Shown here piece after piece: positions 33,061-38,963 of a DNA stretch of 38,963 nucleotides. Position 1 is the first letter of the stretch, and each line of letters starts with the position of its first letter. Origin of the DNA: an uncultured Anaerolineaceae bacterium (GTDB lineage Bacteria > Chloroflexota > Anaerolineae > Anaerolineales > Villigracilaceae). A program made the position numbers and the translations under genes. The notes under the pieces were generated by a model that was not told where the DNA came from, ran no database searches, and saw only the letters and a program-made list of their open reading frames with translations. The stretch covers positions 1 to 38,963 of the forward strand of contig CAZAWS010000001.1 of the NCBI GenBank assembly GCA_964488755.1, in the 5' to 3' direction.

Positions 33061-33190
33061 GCCTCGCGACGCGCGTGGTTTCAACTTGCGTGCTCTCAAT
33101 TAGCCTTTGTGCGGCGTAGAGCAGAATTCTGTTTACGCCGCACATCTGCTTGGGCGCGCACTCAAGCTAAAAACACGCGCGTCGCGGTGC
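33061..33190. repeat. GC-rich ~125-nt imperfect palindrome (long hairpin or cruciform-capable element) directly after the ABC gene stop
   Basis: Outer arms: cgcgacgcgcgtg (33065-33077) is the exact reverse complement of cacgcgcgtcgcg (33174-33186), and the arms extend imperfectly to about 33093 and 33156. Inner arms: tgtgcggcgta (33108-33118) pairs with tacgccgcaca (33134-33144), with cagaattctg at the centre. Both share the same symmetry centre near 33126. Confidence 0.6.
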
Positions 33191-33195
33191 TTCCC

Positions 33196-35019
33196 TTACG
33201 CAGTCGTTGGCACTAATCCATCTCGTCCATATTTCTTTCCCAAATCTTGCCTAAATTGTTGGGTGTAGAGCCGATAATAATGCCCGCGCTCGCGCAATAA
33301 CTCGGTGTGACTGCCCATCTCGCTAATTCTGCCATCTTCGATGACTAAAATGCGATTTGCGCGCCGAATTGTGGAAAGCCGATGCGCCACAACAAAGCTG
33401 GTGCGACCGCGCATGAGATGCTCCATACCCTGCTGAATGAGAGATTCTGTGAGCGTATCCACGCTAGAAGTGGCTTCATCCATAATAAAAAGTTCGGGCT
33501 GGGAGAGCACTGCACGGGCGAGACTGATGAGCTGTTTCTGTCCCGTTGAGAGCAAATCGCCGCCTTCGCCTACTTTTTCAGCATAACCCTTTGATAAGGT
33601 TTCGATGAATGGATGCGCACCCGCTAATTTAGAGGCTTCTAAAATTTCTTCTTCGCTCGCCGCTAAATTTCCGTAGCGGATATTGTCCATAATTGTGCCA
33701 GAGAAAAGATGGGGCGTTTGTAGCACAATGCCAATGCGCTCGTGGATGCTTTCAAGCGTGTAGTTGGTATAGTCTTTCCCGTTGATTGATATTCGCCCGC
33801 GTTTGGGTTCATAAAAGCGGCAGAGCAAGTTCACGATGGTCGATTTTCCGCCACCGGTGGGACCGACCAACGCAATCGTTTCACCAGCCTGTACTTTTAG
33901 CGTGAAATCTTGCAAGACGGGTTTTCGTTCTTCGTAGTAAAAATCTACGTGGTCAAATTCAATTTCGCCTAACAGTGTTTTTGCATCAACAGCACCTTTG
34001 AGATTATGCACATCGGGGGGCGTATCAACCAGCGTGAAAATCCGTTCGGCTGAGGCAATAGAGTGTTGCATTTCGGCGTAAACTCGCGCAATATCTTGGA
34101 TGGGCCAAAGCATAAAGGTTAGATAAGACACAAAAGCGTAGATTCCGCCAATGGTTAATAATCCTGTTTGAGATTGAATGCCGCCGTACCAAACGATTGC
34201 GCCTAGCGCAATGGCGGCGATAATTTGCACAATAGGGAGGAAGAGTGCAGAAAGCCACGCGGCTTTATAAGATGAGCGGTACATCTCACTTGTTAAACCC
34301 TGAAATTCGTGCAAATTTTCCTTCTCGCGCCCTAACGCCTTGACGATGCGTACACCACTGATATTTTCATTATATGCGCCAGTGATTTTTGAGTTGGCGC
34401 GCCGTGATGCACGAAATTCAACCAAAATTCGTTGACGAAACTTGATTCCGACTACTATCAAAACGGGGATAATGGCAAAAACAATCAATGCTAAACGCCA
34501 ATTTATGATTGCCATAAAAATTACTGAAGTGGCAATGTTGGTCACAGCCCAAGTGACATCAAGCAAGCCCCAGGTCATTAAATCTGCTACACGACCTGTA
34601 TCGGATGTCATCCGAGACATGAGGCGTCCCACCGATGTTTGACTGTAGAAAGAGAGTGATAAGTCTTGTAAATGTTCAAACATCAACTTTCGTAAATCGT
34701 ATTGAATGCGTTCCCCCAAAACACCGGCAAGATAAACGAAGCCGAAAACCATAACCGCTTGCACAATAATAAAGCCGCCATAAATTTTGGCAAGCTCGTG
34801 CATACGTTCCACGTCTCCGGGGATGATGCCTTGATCGATGATATTTTTATTGATAAAGGTGAAGACGCCATCTAACGCAGATGTTGCGGCAATCGCAATG
34901 AAAAAACCGATCACCCACATTTTATGCGGTTTCAGCAAGCCCAAAATTCTTTTGAAAACGGGCATGGTCAACTGGCTGGTGTATTCTTCTTCTTCGAATT
35001 CTGTTTTTTCTTGGCTCAT
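33196..35019 (-). CDS. ABC exporter half-transporter (TMD-NBD), subunit with consensus catalytic Glu and non-canonical signature motif
   Basis: 607 aa with an N-terminal 6-TM ABC_membrane-type domain. Motifs are Walker A 'GPTGGGKST', signature 'LSTGQKQL' (deviates from LSGGQ), Walker B 'LFIMDEATSSVD' and H-loop 'VVAHRLST'. GGAGA lies upstream of the ATG. Confidence 0.93.
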   Translation of the reverse strand: MSQEKTEFEEEEYTSQLTMPVFKRILGLLKPHKMWVIGFFIAIAATSALDGVFTFINKNIIDQGIIPGDVERMHELAKIYGGFIIVQAVMVFGFVYLAGVLGERIQYDLRKLMFEHLQDLSLSFYSQTSVGRLMSRMTSDTGRVADLMTWGLLDVTWAVTNIATSVIFMAIINWRLALIVFAIIPVLIVVGIKFRQRILVEFRASRRANSKITGAYNENISGVRIVKALGREKENLHEFQGLTSEMYRSSYKAAWLSALFLPIVQIIAAIALGAIVWYGGIQSQTGLLTIGGIYAFVSYLTFMLWPIQDIARVYAEMQHSIASAERIFTLVDTPPDVHNLKGAVDAKTLLGEIEFDHVDFYYEERKPVLQDFTLKVQAGETIALVGPTGGGKSTIVNLLCRFYEPKRGRISINGKDYTNYTLESIHERIGIVLQTPHLFSGTIMDNIRYGNLAASEEEILEASKLAGAHPFIETLSKGYAEKVGEGGDLLSTGQKQLISLARAVLSQPELFIMDEATSSVDTLTESLIQQGMEHLMRGRTSFVVAHRLSTIRRANRILVIEDGRISEMGSHTELLRERGHYYRLYTQQFRQDLGKKYGRDGLVPTTA

Positions 35020-35040
35020 TATATTTCTCCAAACTTTTTA

Positions 35041-35118
35041 AACACAAAGGTCACAAAGGTTCTCTAAGGAAAAACAAAAAAGGTTTTTCTTTGTGCCTTC
35101 TTCGTGTCCTTCGTGTTT
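35041..35118 (-). repeat. Intergenic heptamer-repeat element, copy X (CACRRAG / CTYYGTG repeats around an AAACC-T-rich core)
   Basis: The plus strand reads aacacaaagg tcacaaagg ... aaaaacaaaaaaggtttttctttgtg ccttcttcgtg tccttcgtg. It has two cacaaag copies and three ct[tc][tc]gtg copies in inverted orientation. It shares a core with the element at 37021-37093. Confidence 0.55.
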
Positions 35119-35128
35119 AAATTATTTA

Positions 35129-36964
35129 TCATTCAACATTCTGAATTTCGCGTTCTAGCTCATCATCAATCCGCGTTTGTATCTCGTAAATCTCGCGGTA
35201 CATTCCATCTTCGACAGCCAGCAGTTCTTCGTGCGTACCGGCTTGAATAATTTGCCCGCCATCTAGCACTAAAATCAAGTCTGCTACCATCACAGATTGA
35301 ATACGGTGAGCGATGATGAAGGTCGTCCGATTTTGCATTAGATTATTCAGCGCAGTGCGGATTTCGGCTTCAGTTTCTGTATCTACAGAGGATGTTGAAT
35401 CATCCAAAATTAGGATATGCGGATTTTTCAGCAATGTCCGTGCGATGGCGATGCGTTGCTTCTGCCCGCCAGAGAGGGTGACTCCCTTCTCACCGACCAG
35501 AGTTTGGTAGCCATCTGGGAATTCCGTGACGACCGTGTGGACGCTTGCCGCGCGTGCTGCTTCTTCTATTTCTGCGTCTGACACCTCGCGCCCTACGCCG
35601 TAGGCGATATTCTCCCGAATCGAGCGAGAAAATAGGAAGGGTTCTTGCTCGACAATACCGGTTTGGTCACGCATATATTTTCTTGAATAATCGCTCAACT
35701 CAACCCCATCTACGCGGATTGAGCCTTCGGTATAATCGTAAAAGCGGGGCAATAAGTTGACCAACGATGTTTTGCCTGAGCCAGTTGACCCAAGCAAGGC
35801 AACAGCCGCACCCGCGTTGCAGTTAAAGGAGATGTTTGTGAGCACGCGCGTCCCCTCTGCTTTTTCATCGGGATAGGCAAAGGAAACATTCTCAAAGACT
35901 ACATCGCCGCGCAGGTCGCCATCTGGGGTAATCTTCCCATCATTTAGCGGTTCTCGAATTTCTTTAACAATATCCATCAGGCGGCCATAAGAGACCAAGC
36001 CTGTTGAGGTTTGAACGATGAGCCGCCCCAAGTTGCGGATGGGCCAAATTAGCCATGCTACTAGCCCGACATAGGTGAGATAATCGCCAATTGTGATTTC
36101 ACCGTTAATGGTCATGGTTGCGGCGTAGACAAAACCAAAGAGCATTTGTGCCCCCAAGATAAGGTCTGAGAGGGGCCAAAATAGTGAGTGCATGAGAAGC
36201 AGGTGCTTGCCCCGCTTGAATTTCTCCCAGTTATCGCCTTCAAATTTGGTTTTTTCGTATTCTTGTTTAGCAAAGGCTTTAACGACGCGCACGCCTGTTA
36301 AGTTTTCTTGAAGCGTAGTTGAGAGAACGGTGCCTTGTTCTTGATATTTTTCATAGCGTTTGGTAACACGCTTGAAAAACCACAGTGACATGAGAAGCAT
36401 AAAGGGGATGACGATAACCGATATCCAGGCTAGTTTTGCATTGAGGTTGAGCAAGGCGGCAAAGTTAATGAAGAAAATAAGCACAATGCGCCCAACGCCA
36501 ATGGCTTGCTCGTTGAAGAAACGGCGGACGGCATCTACATCGGATGTGACGCGCTCAATCAAATCGCCAACAGCGGTATTGCCGTGATAGGAAAAACTGA
36601 GGCGTTGAATATGATCGAAGAGAAAATCGCGCAGACGGCGTGCAATTCCTTCGGCGGTATATGCGGCTAATTTGCCAGAGATGAAGGAAAATCCACCTTG
36701 AAAGAGGGATAGCCCTACAAATCCTAACGCGATCCAAAAAAATGAGCGCGAAAGATTGCCGTTGATTGGCTCAGCATTCCCAGCAACCAAATCGGCAAAA
36801 TAGCCAAGTAGCAGGTAGGTAAGCATTTTAGATGTCGCTGAAACTGCCAGTGCAAGCGTTGCTCCGAGATAGGGCAGGCGGTAGTCCACCATCATTAGCC
36901 AGAGTCCTTTTAGGCGATTCTTGGAGATGGTCTTGCGGAAGTCGAAGGTGAGTGGTTTGTTCAT
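35129..36964 (-). CDS. ABC exporter half-transporter (TMD-NBD), subunit with degenerate Walker B (catalytic Glu replaced by Asp)
   Basis: Motifs are Walker A 'GSTGSGKTS', canonical signature 'LSGGQKQRIAIAR', Walker B 'ILILDDSTSSVD' (Asp where the catalytic Glu is expected) and H-loop 'IIAHRIQS'. The ORF-track start at 37024 is a GTG inside the repeat element. The ATG at 36962-36964 ('MNKPLTFDF') has AGGA 8 nt upstream and is preferred. Confidence 0.92.
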   Translation of the reverse strand: MNKPLTFDFRKTISKNRLKGLWLMMVDYRLPYLGATLALAVSATSKMLTYLLLGYFADLVAGNAEPINGNLSRSFFWIALGFVGLSLFQGGFSFISGKLAAYTAEGIARRLRDFLFDHIQRLSFSYHGNTAVGDLIERVTSDVDAVRRFFNEQAIGVGRIVLIFFINFAALLNLNAKLAWISVIVIPFMLLMSLWFFKRVTKRYEKYQEQGTVLSTTLQENLTGVRVVKAFAKQEYEKTKFEGDNWEKFKRGKHLLLMHSLFWPLSDLILGAQMLFGFVYAATMTINGEITIGDYLTYVGLVAWLIWPIRNLGRLIVQTSTGLVSYGRLMDIVKEIREPLNDGKITPDGDLRGDVVFENVSFAYPDEKAEGTRVLTNISFNCNAGAAVALLGSTGSGKTSLVNLLPRFYDYTEGSIRVDGVELSDYSRKYMRDQTGIVEQEPFLFSRSIRENIAYGVGREVSDAEIEEAARAASVHTVVTEFPDGYQTLVGEKGVTLSGGQKQRIAIARTLLKNPHILILDDSTSSVDTETEAEIRTALNNLMQNRTTFIIAHRIQSVMVADLILVLDGGQIIQAGTHEELLAVEDGMYREIYEIQTRIDDELEREIQNVE

Positions 36965-37020
36965 GGTGTTTGTCCTGTTGCTAAAGTGAAACGTGAAGGC
37001 GTGTTGCGTGATTTTTTTGA

Positions 37021-37093
37021 ACACGGAGCTTCGCGGATTGCACGGAGAAAGATTTTATAGTTACGGAGCAAAAACAAAAGGTTTCTCTCCGTG
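37021..37093 (-). repeat. Intergenic heptamer-repeat element, copy Y
   Basis: The plus strand reads acacggag ... cacggag ... acggagc aaaaacaaaaggtttctctccgtg. The core aaaaacaaaa(aa)ggttt(t)tct is shared with copy X. The flanking inverted heptamers are cacGGag/ctCCgtg here and cacAAag/ctTTgtg in copy X. Confidence 0.55.
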
Positions 37094-37111
37094 TTCAAAA
37101 AATGTCAAAAT

Positions 37112-37147
37112 TAAACAAAAAGCCACGATGCTGTGCGCACCGTGGCT
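37112..37147 (-). terminator. Rho-independent terminator between the 24-codon ORF and the ABC exporter genes (possible attenuator)
   Basis: The minus-strand RNA reads agccacggugc-gcaca-gcaucguggcu, an 11-bp stem including one G-U pair with a 5-nt loop (37121-37147). It is followed by UUUUGUUU (37113-37120). Confidence 0.7.
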
Positions 37148-37174
37148 AAAAAGACGAGAATATAGATTCTTTCT

Positions 37175-37249
37175 TTAAAGAGGGATAGGCGCACTACGGT
37201 TGAGTGAGTTATCAACAATAACAGGGATAAAAAGTTTTTGAATTGTCAT
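37175..37249 (-). CDS. Candidate 24-aa leader peptide / small ORF (MTIQKLFIPVIVDNSLNRSAPIPL)
   Basis: This ORF is below the size cut-off of the ORF track. It runs from ATG at 37247-37249 to TAA at 37175-37177. GGAG lies 9 nt upstream (AAAAGGAGCGCACTAAA-ATG), and a terminator hairpin follows ~27 nt after the stop. There is no homology evidence. Confidence 0.4.
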   Translation of the reverse strand: MTIQKLFIPVIVDNSLNRSAPIPL

Positions 37250-37296
37250 TTTAGTGCGCTCCTTTTAAAAATTTACTTCCGAGAAAGTATGTAAAG

Positions 37297-37325
37297 AGTC
37301 TATCATTTTGGGAGGGGGGAGTCAA
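37297..37325 (-). promoter_or_regulatory. Candidate sigma70-type promoter for the leader ORF / ABC exporter transcript
   Basis: On the minus strand the sequence reads TTGACT (37320-37325), a 17-nt spacer, then TAGACT (37297-37302), ~48 nt upstream of the small-ORF ATG. Confidence 0.3.
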
Positions 37326-37356
37326 ATGGAATCTGTGAAGAAAAGGCAGGCACTTT

Positions 37357-37785
37357 TTATGCTTTCAGTGGCTCTGTAATTTTCATGAAAATTTTCTGCA
37401 CGAGAAAGCCAACTCCGAATCCGACCGCCATGCCCGCAAGAATGCCTGCTAAACTTGCGCTGAGCGGAGTCGAAGCGATGCCCCAACTTGCCCTCGCGTA
37501 ACCGCCCGCAAGCCTGCCGAGCCACATCGCAGCCCCCATAACCAGAGCCAGACCGAGCAAATCAATGATGGTGTTCCGAATGGACTCAGAGCGGGTTGTT
37601 TTGCCTTCTTTGTGCGGTTGCCAGTTTCTATGAACGGTGAAAATGATGGCAGTCCCAATACCGAAAACGATAATTATGGTTGAAAGCACGCGCGAAGATG
37701 GCGGGAAGAAGAATAGCGCGATTAGCAATGCAACGAGTAGCAGGATAGAGATAGTGGGGGCGTGTTTTTGGAAGATTTTTAACAT
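37357..37785 (-). CDS. Small integral membrane protein (about 4 TM), function unknown
   Basis: 142 aa with an ATG start. Hydrophobic segments are 'ISILLLVALLIALFFF', 'LSTIIIVFGIGTAIIFTV', 'IIDLLGLALVMGAAMWLG' and 'LAGILAGMAVGFGVGFLV'. It begins 11 nt after the upstream lipoprotein gene stop. Confidence 0.7.
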   Translation of the reverse strand: MLKIFQKHAPTISILLLVALLIALFFFPPSSRVLSTIIIVFGIGTAIIFTVHRNWQPHKEGKTTRSESIRNTIIDLLGLALVMGAAMWLGRLAGGYARASWGIASTPLSASLAGILAGMAVGFGVGFLVQKIFMKITEPLKA

Positions 37786-37796
37786 GGAATATACTC

Positions 37797-38753
37797 TTAT
37801 TTATTTGTATCTTCACTTGGAAGGCATTGTTCTCCCAAATAGGATAATTTGCTGAAATTGCTCCCGTCTTGATTGATCATATAAAGATATGTGCATTTTG
37901 TGTCGTCGTATAGGTTTGCAACAAACACAATTTCATTTCGAGTAATAATAATAGGAGATGCTCCCATAAATCCAGAAACTAGAGATTTATTTTCTGTTCT
38001 ATCAACTTTAGAACGCATAATGCTTGAGGGGGTATTAAATTTCTTCCTGTGTCCATATACTATATGTTTGCTATCAGGAGTGAATTTTACAGAACTATAC
38101 CAACCTTCCTCATAAATTAAGCACTTAACATCCTGTTCTTCCAAATCAATTAAAAGACAAACTCGTTCGCCCTGAGTCACCTTATCAGACACAACCCATT
38201 TACCATCCATGGAACTTTCAATGTTGAAGAAGGTTGTCCCCAAGTTATTTATCTCCAGTTCTTCGATTTCACCTGTTGCAATATCTACTGTCGCCAACCT
38301 TGTATGTGTTCGGCTATTTTCATTCCAAGTAAAAGCGAGGATGATTTTATTATCGTTTTCCGTAAAATCAATACCGCTAAGGGTTGCATCGTAAGGTACG
38401 TCTTCTGATGTGTTCACTAATTCTTGGTGTGTCTGTGTTCTAGTATCCCATATACCTATTTTGTTGCGAAAAAACCCATATTCATAGGCGATATAACGAT
38501 GATCATGGGAAATTTTAAAAAATGATGCTCTTAGCTCATCTAGGAATTGTTCGCTTGGTGCGTTGATCATGGGAGTTCCATCAAGATAAATAAACCTGTC
38601 TTGCCAGTAAAGTGGTTGAGAAGCTAACTCTTCTGATAAATCATCTGAAGAAGTTATTTCTCTGGGTTCGGGATTCAAAACAACATTTTCGGGAAAAGAG
38701 GGTGTACATCCTGCTAAGAATAGGAATACTCCTAATAACAGCATTTTTTTCAT
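37797..38753 (-). CDS. Lipoprotein with TolB/WD40-like beta-propeller-type repeats, function unknown
   Basis: 318 aa. The signal peptide plus lipobox is 'MKKMLLLGVFLFLAGC'. Recurring 'S.D.+.I.Y'-type blade motifs occur ('SHDHRYIAY', 'SMDGKWVVS', 'TPDSKHIVY', 'NQDGSNFSKL'). Confidence 0.75.
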   Translation of the reverse strand: MKKMLLLGVFLFLAGCTPSFPENVVLNPEPREITSSDDLSEELASQPLYWQDRFIYLDGTPMINAPSEQFLDELRASFFKISHDHRYIAYEYGFFRNKIGIWDTRTQTHQELVNTSEDVPYDATLSGIDFTENDNKIILAFTWNENSRTHTRLATVDIATGEIEELEINNLGTTFFNIESSMDGKWVVSDKVTQGERVCLLIDLEEQDVKCLIYEEGWYSSVKFTPDSKHIVYGHRKKFNTPSSIMRSKVDRTENKSLVSGFMGASPIIITRNEIVFVANLYDDTKCTYLYMINQDGSNFSKLSYLGEQCLPSEDTNK

Positions 38754-38765
38754 AAGATTATTCCT

Positions 38766-38963
38766 TTAATGTGCAAAGTTTGCGGATAGAGATGTAAAAT
38801 AAGCTCCAATTGTTGTTGCTGTTTCCATTAAAAATACAGGTATTACCGGTGCTACTTCAGCAATAGCGGTAAAAATGCCAGCCTCAACTCCAGCCATGAC
38901 CAAAGCTCCTGCGGCCAACACTGCTCGAGGCCAGCGATGAATACTCACTTCACCTTTGATTAT
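38766..38963 (-). CDS. Partial ORF (3' end), small hydrophobic/Gly-Ala-rich protein, function unknown
   Basis: The frame stays open to the window edge, and the track start at 38948 is a GTG. The C-terminal sequence is 'AVLAAGALVMAGVEAGIFTAIAEVAPVIPVFLMETATTIGAYF'. The stop lies 12 nt upstream of the lipoprotein gene start. Confidence 0.35.
   Translation of the reverse strand: MIKGEVSIHRWPRAVLAAGALVMAGVEAGIFTAIAEVAPVIPVFLMETATTIGAYFTSLSANFAH

Noticed and set aside
36965-37024. The ORF-track N-terminal extension of the first ABC subunit ('MFKKITQHAFTFHFSNRTNT').
   Set aside because: It starts at a GTG located inside the heptamer-repeat element. The ATG at 36964 has an AGGA at good spacing. 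The extension has no counterpart in typical ABC half-transporters as far as I can judge.
37103-37108. A perfect -35-like TTGACA on the minus strand between the terminator and the first ABC gene, as a possible independent exporter promoter.
   Set aside because: No acceptable -10 hexamer lies 16-18 nt downstream (the candidates are GAAACC and AGAAAC), so I did not call a promoter here. This absence is weak evidence only.

Overview
All credible genes in this 38.9-kb, AT-leaning window lie on the minus strand. I saw no rRNA, tRNA, CRISPR array, transposase or integrase. The core (1462-32857, ~31 kb) reads as one tightly packed signalling super-operon. In transcription order it holds two stand-alone CheY-like receivers, then eleven tandem paralogous genes (31976 down to 7729) for membrane-anchored GAF-domain sensors. 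After these come an orphan ParA/Soj-type ATPase, a soluble GAF-PAS-PAS-GAF hybrid histidine kinase with two receivers, and a threonine-synthase-like PLP enzyme fused to a receiver. The eleven sensors have varied input modules (polytopic TM bundles, two kinds of Cache-like extracytoplasmic domains, HAMP). None has a kinase, cyclase, phosphodiesterase or DNA-binding output. All eleven end in the same ~105-aa tail, which stops just after what looks like the first helix and strand of another GAF. The same module opens the soluble kinase. Gene junctions are mostly 4-nt or 8-nt start/stop overlaps or gaps of 2-45 nt. The main candidate for a novel system is therefore a multi-receptor GAF array feeding one soluble kinase, with a ParA-type ATPase and non-transcriptional outputs. 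Upstream (33196-37325) is a heterodimeric ABC exporter pair with one degenerate ATP site. It is preceded by a candidate promoter, a 24-codon leader ORF and an intrinsic terminator, an arrangement like bmrB-bmrCD attenuation. Two copies of a heptamer-repeat element and a ~125-nt GC-rich palindrome flank the pair. The window edges carry an EamA-type permease, a small membrane protein, a beta-propeller-like lipoprotein and a partial ORF. Taxonomy cannot be established from the window, and all homology statements rest on motif recognition by eye, not searches.
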